Shown: positions 12,739 to 24,454 of the stretch, piece after piece | How positions within the stretch are numbered: position 1 is the first letter of the stretch | Layout of the letters: every line of letters starts with the position of its first letter | NCBI RefSeq assembly: GCF_001194135.2 | Contig: NC_068989.1 | Span: forward strand, 4,852,388-4,916,387 | DNA: 64,000 nucleotides | Origin: Octopus bimaculoides | Taxonomy: Eukaryota | Direction of reading: 5' to 3' | Notes under the pieces: generated by a model | The model's database searches: none | The model's input: only the letters and a program-made list of their open reading frames with translations | Told to the model about the DNA's origin: nothing | Position numbers and translations under genes: made by a program

Positions 12739-15667
12739 TTTTTATTATTGAGTTGTGTGTATTGCATGTTTTTACTGCTCTACTGTGTTTGGAGCACCGT
12801 GCACCTTGGGTAAATGCAGGGTTTTTTGTTGTTTTATTTTTATTTCCTTTTGCATTGAGAGTGCTCTATGTAATATATATGGAGTGCCCAGCTGTTGAAA
12901 ATCTGACTCAGCAAATTTCGTCTGAGCCATGCAGGCATGGAAAAATGGATGTTAATATGATGATGCTGAGGACGATATTTCTATGTTTGTGTGTATGCAT
13001 TCACATAATGCATACACATAATGTATATGTGTATGCATTCATTTATACACACACACACACATTTGCGATTGTTTATTTGTGCACGTTTGCATAATAATAG
13101 AATATATTTTCATGTGAATATGAAAATATGACTTCACTGAATGTGTATGTAACTTGTATACACACACTCACACTCACACACACACAAGTAAATGATAGGG
13201 TTATTTACTGTTACAAAGACATATTTTTTATAAAAATAGAAAAAAAAAACATTAAGAAATATATAAATAAATGCAAAAGAAATGAAGTTTGAGCTGCAAA
13301 GATTTTTATTACATGTTGAAATGGTGAAGCTCATTGTGGTTGTTAATGGTCGGTTTGTTCTTTTATCCACTGGAACAGAATAATAATATAATACTATAGT
13401 AATAAATTGATAAATATATATCTAGCTCGTTAGGTTGTGTCTGACTGTTTGTCTGTCTGTATTTATGTCTTCATATCTCTTTCTCTCTCTTGATTTGTAT
13501 GTGGTATTCTTTTTCCACGTTGGTATACACTTACTACATACATTAACCCTTCTATTCAACTACACACACACGCATGTATGTATATGCATACAGGCATATG
13601 TACCTCTACACAAACATATACTCACACACGCACATACACATATATTTCTATAAAAGCACAAAAGCCAATAAAATTCAGTTGATACCCATCATTATCGAAT
13701 GAACAATATAACTGTTGTCTCTCTCTCTCTCTCTCTCTCTCTTTCATTTACAATTCTGTTGTGCTGGAATTCTCTTACATATACACCCACTTCATTAGCA
13801 GCAGATTTCTCGAAGCAGTAGCACTATCTTTCTGGGTTTAAAAGCATTTTTTCATTTTCTTTTCTAATGTTGCTTTCCCACCCTTCACCAATTCAATCAT
13901 CCCCACCACTGCTCCAATTTTTATTGCCCACCACCACTGAAATTCCTTTGCCTAGTGCCACCACCACTACAATTTCCTTTGCTTCCTATTACCTCTACAG
14001 TTCCTCTTTCCCACCCACCCTGCCATCACCATTTCAGTGTTTTTCTTACCCATCTTACCCATCACCACTATTTCATTTTTCCTTATTCCCTAGCACCCCT
14101 GCAATTTCCTTTGGCCACCATCACCAATCCAGTTCCTCTTGCCCATCACCTCAACAGTTTCCTTTGCCCACAACAACCAATCCATTTCTATTTACCCGTC
14201 ACCACCATTCCAGGTTCCTTTACCCGTCTCAAACAATCCGGTTGTTCTTGTCCATTACCAACACCACTTCAGTTTACTTTTGCCCACGGCCCCTGCAACT
14301 CTCTTTGACCTCTATCGAAATTTACTTAGCAGTACCCATGTTTTTTTTACAGGTTTTTTCGTCTCTCCCTTTTCTCATTTCTCCCCTTCCATACATGATT
14401 CTACCAACAGTTGAGGTAGATATTCTTGTACAGAACTTTGGAGACATGATCCATTGTTCTATTGTTTGATCATTTAAATGCTCAGGCACACACATGCCTA
14501 CCCAGAACTGCCTGTATATATACATATAGGAATGCATGCATGAATACATACATACATACATATTTATAGAAATGCATGTGCTTAAACTTATACAGACACT
14601 ACACACATAAACACATAGACATACATACATACATACATACATACATACATACTTATTTGAATCCATATTTATCTCACATTTCTCCATACGTGTGCAAAAG
14701 TATGACATTAAATGATATGTGTGTGTTGGTGGTGGGGAGGAGAATGAGAGAGATAGAGAGAATAATGGAGTGAAAGAAAGGAAGGAAGAGAGATTTTGTG
14801 ACTGTCAGAAAGAATATGTGCATGTATGTGTGTGTGTAGATAGATAGATAGATATGAGAGGAGAGGGAGGAGGTAGGAAGCACTATGTTTTGTATTGTGG
14901 CAGGGTGAAGTGACATACACTATTAGATAGCTATACATTATGACATATGCACACACATTCACGAAGAGTTACACACATAATGTGCAATTATTTACATGTG
15001 TGTCTCTGGATAAATATAGGTATGTCTCTGTATGTATTATATATCTGTGTGTGTAATGTGTGAGTATATTTGCATATATGTATGTACATCGGTAGAAAAT
15101 GGCAGAGATCAGCTGATTTTTCACTTTAGTTTCATATTTATGTTTATTATATCTATTTTGCCATTGTTTTACTTTGTATAATCACCTTCTGTCTACCGTA
15201 GTGTATCAAATATACTTTACTGTTTTCGTACAGGAAGCTATATTAAGAGTTATTTTTTTAACACTACCACCCTTGTGAGAAACAGTTTAAAGTTAAAGAA
15301 TGCACATTCAAATCAGTGGAAATGAAATGGATATTTTTAATGTTATAACATAGTCAGTTGGAGAAGGACATGCCCAAAGACCTCCCCGACTGAAAGGGGA
15401 AGATAGAAACCATGACTCGTGAATTATACCCAAACTAGAGACTTGGTCCAACTACTTTCCAACTGAGTAGAGACCACGAAAGGCTTCCAAAGATTAGTAT
15501 AGCCTTATGGAATAAAGTGTTGGTTTATCAACCAGTGGGTATTGAACTCAAATCAACTACAGGCAGCTTTATTATTAATGTGTTACACAAACCAGAGCAT
15601 TATAGAATGCTAGCCTGCTTCTCTGGTACTTGTTGCTCTAAGACAAATTATTACTCCGAATAATACA

Positions 15668-16034
15668 AAGCTAGGTGTTCCAGAAAAGATGCTCAATAGC
15701 ATAATTTCTTTCCATCAAGATCTAGCGGCGAAGTGTCCGATTCATTCACAGTCTCAAATGGGACGAAACAAGGCTGTGTTCTTGCACCACTTTTATTTGC
15801 TTTGTATTTCTCTGCCATGTTGGAAATAGTGTTCGAGGTTGTTACAGAAAGAGTAAAGTTTGAGTAGAGAACTAGTGGTGGATTGTTCAACCAACAGCAC
15901 TTCAAAGCAGAAACTAAGACTTTGGTGCAAACAGTTCAAGATTTGCTCTTCGCAGATAATTGTGCACTTGTAGCATACACTCTTGAGGATATGCAATGGA
16001 TACTAAACAACTTCTCATGTGCATCAAAGGCTTT
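15668..16034 (+). mobile_element. Degenerate RTE-clade non-LTR reverse transcriptase fragment
   Basis: KLGVPEKMLNSIISFHQD / frameshift / SGEVSDSFTVSNGTKQGCVLAPLLF...GGLFN...DLLFADNCAL...MQ; stop TAG at 15865; FADD mutated to FADN. Confidence 0.9.
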
Positions 16035-16157
16035 TCTTAAATGTCTGATACTTATTCACTCAGTTTCTTTTGCCAAACTGCTAAGGATGTAAATAAATCA
16101 ACACTAGTCATCAAATGAAGTCAAACAAGCACTAACACCAAGACACACACACACACA

Positions 16158-16188
<31 letters not shown>

Positions 16189-17495
16189 GACAGGCTTCTA
16201 CACAGTTTCTATCTACCAAATAAACTCATAGGACATTAGCCAACTCAGTGCTTTGCCCGCAGTGACATGCAGTGGGATTGGACTTTAAAACATGTGGTTG
16301 TAAAGAGATCTTAACCACAAAATGTATGGATTTTTTCAGTATGTAACAGCACAGTGCTCAATGAAAACTTAGAGGAAGGGAGGAGGTGGATAGTTGAGCA
16401 CATCTGTATATAAGTTTAATGAGATTGTTGCTTCTATATTATGGTTTCACACTCATGTTCAGCAATTTCAGTATATCAAAAGCTCATGGAAATTCAGTGT
16501 CCAGTTCTGAAACCATGGCACAGAAGTAAAAAGAGACATTAAAGACACACACATGTACACGCACGCACACACACACACACGACTGTAGCTTCAGTTCACC
16601 AGAGTCAAGAATTATTTCTCTTGACTGATGCTGTATTTGGTTTAAAGCAAGTTATTTATATTTTATATTGATTGCATGATTGGACATATTTTATATGGCT
16701 GGAACTTTTTTATTTTCTTGTTTTGTCTTTTTAATTTTTTTTCTTTAATTCTATTCCATCTAATGTCAACTCAAGTGCTTTTACACCATTTATATTTGAT
16801 AATTTATTGATTCCTATTGATTTTGTCTCTATTTTCGTTGCACTTGGCATCCGGTCATTTCAGTTCTTTCTGCTTGTTTCTGTCTTCTCTCGTGTTCTTC
16901 TTGACAGACTTACCACATTCTTTATGTCATTTCTGTTATTGATTGCTGCTCCTGGGCTTTGTGTCTTGAACCAGAGACAAATATCTTCTGTTCTGTGTGT
17001 TTAGATCAAATATCACATGTTCATATGTACATACACACACGTGTATGTGTTATAAATGTCAGAAACAGGACCATCCTAGCAATTTGTATATCAGAGATAA
17101 CATTGACCAATGTATCTATCTTTTTTTAAGACAGTATGGTATGATTTGTAAAAGATTTGGCTACTATTTCTAGCAAATCAAACAACTGCGCTGAGGCTTC
17201 CTACATACAAAGTGACAAAAAAAATAGGGTGGTCTTGACTACTACACCTTTGTTAATAAATCAGCTCTGTCAAAGCTGACCTGGAACTAATCAACAATAG
17301 CAACTAGTTTCATGTTTTAATACTGGTAGTTGTTGATTCAGAACAGTACACACTGTAGCACATTTCGTTAAGTTGTATATAGGATAATAAATACTAAATC
17401 GTTGAGAAATATTATTCATGATTAGCTGGCATCCAATCAGGAAATTTGTGTTTGTCTTTAGAGTTTATTTTTTATTATTATTACTATTATTAATT

Positions 17496-17732
17496 AAGGT
17501 GGTAAGCTGGCAAAATCATTACCACACTTTTCAAGGTGGCAAGCTGTTAGAATGCCGGACAAAATGCTTAGCGGCATTTCATCTGTTATGTTCTGAGTTC
17601 AAATTCCATCGAGGTCAACTTTGCCTTTCATCCTTTCAGGGTCGATAAAATAAGTACCAGTTGAACACTGGGGTCAATGTAATCGACTCATCCCCACCTC
17701 TTCCATGCTGCCCTTGTGGCAAAAATTTGAAA
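17496..17732 (+). mobile_element. SINE family C copy (same subfamily as 12381-12597)
   Basis: Shares the diagnostic 3' end GCTGCCCTTG(A/T)GGCAAAAATTTGAAATAA followed by an AAT/TAT tail. Confidence 0.85.
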
Positions 17733-17743
17733 TAATAATAATA

Positions 17744-17779
<36 letters not shown>

Positions 17780-18454
17780 TCAGAGATTTCCATATTTTTC
17801 TGATTGGTGAGACACTTTAAAATACTTCATAACATATAGGTACAGACAAAGCTGTATGGTTAAGAAGCTAGTTTTGCAACCACATAGTTTTGAGTTCAAT
17901 TTCAATGTGCAGCACCTTGGGTTGGTGTTTTCTATAGCTCTTGGCCAAAGGTCTTGGTATTGTAGAAGGGAAGTAATATATGTGATAAGAAAAACAAGAG
18001 TCATTTCACCTTTGAACACTCAAAGGACAACCCACTTGATTATACTGCAGCTCCTGTTTTACTCTCAATTTTTCTTTAGAAACAAGATTTTCAAATACAG
18101 CAGTATTGTTGCTGTTATTTTTTTTTTTCTTTAAATGATGATAAAACATTCATATTGTTATTCATAATTATCTAGAGTGGCAAATCTGGACGTTTCTGTT
18201 CTATTTGATCTCTTCAGCGATGCCTACTTACCAGACATCATAATGACTGTGAGAATATGTAGTATTCTAGTGAAAAAATGTTCACTGAGTATGCAGTTTA
18301 AAAATAATGACATGGGAAAAATTGCCAAAGGATGCTTTGTGTTATAAATATATTAGACAATTCATGATAGTCAGCCCTTGGTAATTTTCTTGCCTCTATC
18401 ATTGTATTATATTAACTGATCACTGAGTGGGTTTTTTTTTTTTCTAATATCCAG

Positions 18455-18482
18455 CATATTCTGATAGTCATTCTAATGTCAG
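18455..18482 (+). CDS. Candidate upstream exon A of the ADAM gene (28 nt; HILIVILMS-G, contains ATG at 18476)
   Basis: Acceptor T12-CTAATATCCAG|, donor AG|GTAAAT; exits in phase 1, matching the 21666 exon and candidate exon B. No transcript evidence available. Confidence 0.5.
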
Positions 18483-19000
18483 GTAAATATAATTAAGATT
18501 ATGCTTTACTAAGATGGTCTAATAAGATGGAAATAGGTCTGGAGTTGTCACTGTACTTACCAAAGACCAATCTTAGTTTCCACTGCGCTCCCTGTTTCAG
18601 CTGTTTATATAAATTTTGGACTTGCCTATCTGACCCATGATAAGAATTATTTTTAATGCTTTAATTAACTAAAAATTATATTTATGGCTTTATGTTTAAA
18701 TGTTTAAATAGTGTGCTTGACAAATGCAGGACTGCCACATTGTGCAACACTTTAGGCATTATGTACTAATTATAAATGAATATCACCATCATATAATCAG
18801 TATTATTTGTTCTCAATTTTCTGCGAGACAATACCTAATCATTGTATTGGTCTGTGTCCAGAGGACCAGAGGAATATTGCCTTACTTGGAAACAGATGAG
18901 GAGCAGTGACAGAAACAGTTTCTGATGATTTCTGTAGAAAATCCGACACTCATTTCATGCTGACTCATGGAAAAATGGATGTTAGATGATAATGATGTTG

Positions 19001-19032
<32 letters not shown>

Positions 19033-19499
19033 TGTTTTGAAACCCCACCCCTCTAAATTTTCAGTGTTTCAATATTGCTTTAATAATACTTTTTGACAAA
19101 AGTAGAAAGACAATTGCTAAAATCAAATTGATTAAAAATTGAATGAGAAACACAGTTGTATGGTGACAACTCCAGATATATTTCAGTCTGTTAATACACA
19201 ACATACTGTTATATANNNNNNNNNNAGATTTCATTGCGAAGGAAATTTTCATTCTCCTTCGTGAAAATTTGCTTCGCAACGAAAGCCGGTTAGAAATCTT
19301 TATTAAAATATGCTTCCAGTTTAGCATTCTGCCTTATTCTTCATTTTCCTATTATTTCTCCACATGCGGTTAACACAACCCCACTATTTACTGACTTATA
19401 TATATATATATATATATACATATACACACACACACACACACAGATACAGACCTCAATCACACGTACTAATGCAGAAATTTACATGCACCATATCAATTA

Positions 19500-19563
<64 letters not shown>

Positions 19564-19830
19564 TTAATGCTGTCTCATACACATACGTATCCATACATAC
19601 TCACACATGTTTACACGCACATATCACATATTGATCTACTCTACCAGTTTGCAAGCATATTCAATAATAATCATTGTTATTTCCTCACGTGCAATCCAAA
19701 AAACCATTGAAAAATCTTTCTTTCCATCCTGCAAATGGAAGTTGACACTTGCCACCCTCAATAACATCACAGCATGTTGATGTATGGAAATGTTTCAGTT
19801 AATGTTTTCCATTAACAGTTTCTCATTTGC

Positions 19831-19890
<60 letters not shown>

Positions 19891-19933
19891 NNNNNNNNNN
19901 NNNNNNNNNNNNNNNNNNNNNNNNNNNNNNNNN

Positions 19934-19993
<60 letters not shown>

Positions 19994-20602
19994 CCAATAA
20001 AGCTAGCACACACTATTCCATTTTGAGTGGAATCATATTCACAAGTCACAGCTGGGCAATGTTGATAGAATTTGCATTGGTGGTTTGAAACCTATCACTG
20101 AAAAATGGACTGCATACATGGCAGAAGGCACTTAACTCTTTTAAAAGGTTACCCCTTCCACATACTCACACAGTTAATAATGATACTGAAAATAGGTACC
20201 ATGTAGTGGTGTAGCTTGCTATTGGAGGCAGTTGAAGTACTGTTTAAAAAAAAAGCAACATTCTTCTTTACTTTTTTATTCTTTCTTTCCACCATTCTTT
20301 TATTCATATATTGAAATGTATGTAATATATATAACCTTACCTGAAATCAAGTGAGAGCAACAGGAAAGGCATATGACCATTGAAAATCTGCCTCAACAAA
20401 CTCCATCTGACCCATGTAAGCATGAATAAGTGGGTGTTAGAACAATTATGATGATATATATCCGTCTCTCTTTTGTGAAATATGAAAGGAATATTGCATT
20501 TCCTGGATATTAAAGATGTTGAGTATGTTTGGATGTGCAAGTGTATCTTTGTGTGTATGTATGTATGTGCAAAAATAAAAAAAAACAGATTATTTTCTTC
20601 AG

Positions 20603-20671
20603 GCAAGCTTTCAACATCAAAAATTGCTTAGCTTTTGGTGTTTTGGTGTCTTTTAAAGAATTCTTTTGTTG
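20603..20671 (+). CDS. Candidate exon B (69 nt, phase 1-1) encoding a signal-peptide h-region: (G)KLSTSKIA*LLVFWCLLKNSFV(G), with in-frame TAG at 20629-20631
   Basis: Acceptor TATTTTCTTCAG|, consensus donor G|GTAAGT, hydrophobic run in the ADAM frame. The TAG could instead act as an alternative acceptor giving a 40-nt exon 20632-20671. Confidence 0.45.
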
Positions 20672-21665
20672 GTAAGTGTCAGTGTGTACTCCAGTATGAT
20701 GTCTTTAGGCATGGTGATATGGGGAAAAGGAATTCATATGGATAGAGTATGCTTGGTTCAAAGACTTTAAAATATGATTGCAAAATTGACATGGCCAAAT
20801 TCATTTTATTGTAAAAGAGAGAGAGAGTGTGTGTGTGTGTGTGTATGTCTTACAGTCACACATACACACTAATTCATGTGTGTATACACATCTTCATGCA
20901 TTTCTATTACTTACACTCACACATATGTATACTTAAGAAAATGGTAATGCTTATATTTGTTCATGGGTGATATTAATATGTGTGTGTGTGTGTGTGTGTG
21001 TGTATACACCAACACTTTTATACACACACACATACACACCTCCATTCTATTTAATAATTCTGGTCAATGCTATTTTCATTGCCATTTATTGAAGTGATTT
21101 TAGAGCAAGTTGTAGGTGCTGAATCTGAATATGGCATCAGTTTTGCTGTATTTGCTATAGTTTTTGACATAATCACATCAAAGTTCTCTTATTGAACCTT
21201 CAGCTCAGTTGACTGCATGAATGTTGGCCTACTGCTACCTAATGAAAATGTACCATTATTTATTAATGCTCTTGAAAGAGATCTCTACAGCATACAGTTT
21301 CTCATGCAAACCTTCCCTATTTCCCATCTGTGGCCGGGAGAGGTTTCTAAATTATGTCACAATACTTTTGTGTCTCCCCAATAACCTAGGTGTGTTGTGA
21401 AATATTTGCGAACTGGTAACTTTGCATACAGCATCCAATGATGATGATGATTAGTAACGTGATATGATGGTTGTTTATTAACGTCTTTAATTACTTAACA
21501 CTGATAAAATATCTCCTAGAAATTTTTATTTTTTTAAGTGTCTCACCAACCTGAATAACATGGAAGTCTCTGAATTAATAAAAATGCTAATTTATTTTAC
21601 CTGTTCTTGATGTTGTAGTTTCCCAAATTTCTTAACCAGCCATATCTCTTTGTATTTTACCACAG

Positions 21666-21826
21666 GTGGCCCACCACAAGAAACATCCAAATACCTTTAC
21701 CAGTTTGAGTTCAATCGACTTTTACTGGACAGCATACCAAAACCGTATCAAATAGTCTATCCACAACAACTGCGTCACAACAATGTGGTTAGCATTAACA
21801 CACGCCAGCACCGAGTCAGGCATCAT
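21666..21826 (+). CDS. ADAM prodomain exon (161 nt, phase 1-0): GPPQETSKYLYQFEFNRLLLDSIPKPYQIVYPQQLRHNNVVSINTRQHRVRHH
   Basis: Acceptor CTCTTTGTATTTTACCACAG| with a CTTAAC branch-like motif about 30 nt upstream; donor |GTAAGT; YQIVYPxQL motif typical of the start of ADAM prodomains. Confidence 0.9.
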
Positions 21827-21873
21827 GTAAGTAATTTCTTCTATTCAATTATTCTCATCTTTTCCCATCAATT

Positions 21874-21956
21874 TGGGGCGAGTTGCTCAACTAAAGGTGG
21901 TGCTCCAGCATGGCCACAGTCAAATGACTGAAACAAGTAAAAGAGTAAAAAGAGTA
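21874..21956 (+). mobile_element. SINE family A 3' tail fragment starting 48 nt downstream of the 21826 exon end
   Basis: CTAAAGGTGGTGCTCCAGCATGGCCACAGTCAAATGACTGAAACAAGTAAAAGAGTAAAAGAG matches 35345-35410. Confidence 0.85.
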
Positions 21957-22415
21957 TAACTTTCTTGTTGTTTCACTTCAGGTTAGCACTGCCTAAAAGG
22001 ATTATCAAACATAGGACTACATTATCAGATGTGTCTTAAAAAAAAGAGAGAAAGAGAGATAAAGCGTAGTTAGAGGGAGATTTGGTGGCAGTTTCTTGCA
22101 GGCCAAACAACAGAGTAGAGGTTCCTGATATGCTCCAGGTTCTTCCACAGAAATAAGATCTTTCTGCTGCAATATACTCTTGACATATTCATCTTCAATG
22201 GAAGCACTTCATGCAAGAGACGTACCAAGTTTCCCCTTTTGTTTTGTATACAGCATATATATTTACACACAATAATGTACATATGTGCATGACAATGCAA
22301 ATAACGTATATGATTGTGTACGTTTATTTATATACATACATATATACACACACACATATTTTATTTTGATATAGAATAGAATTGATTTGTTTCGCCTTCC
22401 CTATCTCTCCATACA

Positions 22416-22486
<71 letters not shown>

Positions 22487-22683
22487 ATGGATGTATATTT
22501 GTATGTGTTGTGTGTATATGTGTATGTGTGCATATAAGTATATACATATGTAAGTATATNNNNNNNNNNNNNNNNNNNNNNNNNNNNNNNNNNNNNNNNN
22601 NNNNNNNNNNNNNNNNNNNNNNNNNNNNNNNNNNNNNNNNNNNNNNNNNNNNNNNNNNNNNNNNNNNNNNNNNNNNNNNNNNN

Positions 22684-22718
<35 letters not shown>

Positions 22719-23684
22719 GCACGCACACACACTGACAAAATAAAGAAACATTACATATAGACAAAAACCTACACAATGAAGTCATATTTACTTCATATGT
22801 ACTGTAAGCTGTCTTTACAATGATATTGAACTTTTAAAATGTATGATTATTTATTTATTTATTTGCTCATTTAGTTATTTATTTACTTATGTATTTTGTT
22901 TTCAGTGCTATTAACATTATTTTGAATATTATTAACATTAATCAAATTGGCTTTTCTAGATACTTCCATTTCTGTTATATAATTAGATAATGGAAGATCT
23001 ATTGTATCATGTGAGCAGACAGACGCTGTTTTAAGATTGATGTTGTTGTTGTTGTTGTTGTTATTGTTTGTTTTAGATATTTCCCCAGTTTTATCAACCC
23101 GTTCAGTGCAGCTGTTATATTACATGCATTAACAACAGTGATAGTAACCACTGTGACACAGCAAGAACACCACTAAGTTTACACAGGTTTTAATTTGAGG
23201 TTCAGTGGTTGTAATAGTAGTAGTAGTAACAGTTTCAGCTGTGACCATCCTACCTTTTCTTATTTATAGGATATACTGTGCAATGTATCCTTCCTTATTT
23301 AAGATGGTACACAATACTCTGAAAGCAATTTCCTTGCTGTTTCTAGCAGGCTGAGTGAGGCTTCTTTCAGTGGCTCAAGTAGTATTGGCGGCAAGTGGTG
23401 GTGGTAGTCTACTTATGTGTTGTGAATTCAAACTTTGCTGCAGCGGTTGGTATTAGAAAGGGCATCTGGCCATAGTAACCCTGCCAAAAATATATCATCC
23501 CAATGTCCCCAACCCATCTGGGGAAAGGAGCCATTTATGCATGATTTCGATATCATATTTGTTGAAAGCATGTGAAACAACAGGAAAAGAAAGAAAAAAA
23601 ACTCATGGAACAAATATCTGTTGGTGGGAAATTCCAAGGTACCCACTACCCCTCCCCACTTCTTGTCCAGAAGAAAATGGTTTG

Positions 23685-23927
23685 GTTGCTGGAAGACCCT
23701 TTGTCTCGCAACAGGACTCTGCGCCCTGCCACACAAGCAGGAGAACTCAGTCATGGCTGTCAGACAATTTCTGTGACCACATCACCCCTAACATCTGGCC
23801 CTCTAACTCCCCAGACTGCAACCCCCTTGATTATTATGTGTGGGGTGCAGTTGAGCGAGAGACCAACAAAACTCCTTGAAACATCAAAGATGAGCTGAAG
23901 GCAAGGATTATGGCAGCATTCACCAAC
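23685..23927 (+). mobile_element. Tc1/mariner DD37D (maT-type) transposase C-terminal fragment, inactive
   Basis: VAGRPFVSQQDSAPCH...WPSNSPDCNPLDYYVWGAVERETNKTP*NIKDELKARIMAAFTN; 37 residues counted between QQD and PLD; premature TGA at 23877; no N-terminal part or TIRs. Confidence 0.9.
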
Positions 23928-24215
23928 AAGGGTCAGTAAAATAAAGTACCAGTCAAATATCGGGGCCAGTTTGAGGGAGAACCTTAGCTACATTGATCTC
24001 ACTGATTTCAAAGGGCCTTCCTCCAGACATTAAAAAGTATTTGTATCTATGTGTCTATGGTCTGTCTGTCTCAAACTGGGCTGTCCACCAGTCTGTCTGC
24101 CTATTTCATTATCCTGTCATGATGCATTATGTCTATTACTATTTGTCAACCTACCTCTCTCTCTGTGTCTGTCAATCCAGTATGTCACTGATCTTGTGTT
24201 ATTTCTTTTATACAG

Positions 24216-24298
24216 GGGACTTATGACCACCACAAATGTGTTACCATTCAGTTGGAACTATTTGAAAAGAAATACAAAATTCGACTGGACCTTAACAA
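24216..24298 (+). CDS. ADAM prodomain exon (83 nt, phase 0-2): GTYDHHKCVTIQLELFEKKYKIRLDLN(K)
   Basis: Acceptor TTTCTTTTATACAG|, donor AA|GTAAGT; I.L.LF...Y.I.LDLN fits the ADAM prodomain beta-strand motif. Confidence 0.9.
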
Positions 24299-24410
24299 GT
24301 AAGTATTCTTATGCATCAAAAATTTTCCAAATGAAGTTTTAAATGTACAGTAGAGCACCAAATAAAATATTTGCCATGTTTGATTACATTTCTTATATAT
24401 AGACACACTG

Positions 24411-24454
<44 letters not shown>

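Noticed and set aside
21640-21665. Upstream AG (21638-21639) as a phase-2 acceptor that would let exon B read without a stop
   Set aside because: It lies only 3-4 nt after the CTTAAC branch-like motif that suits the 21665 acceptor, so it is probably too close to be used; not fully excluded.
23541-23879. 112-aa ORF as a functional or domesticated transposase
   Set aside because: Only the C-terminal third of a DD37D domain, with a premature stop and an unrelated N-terminal part.
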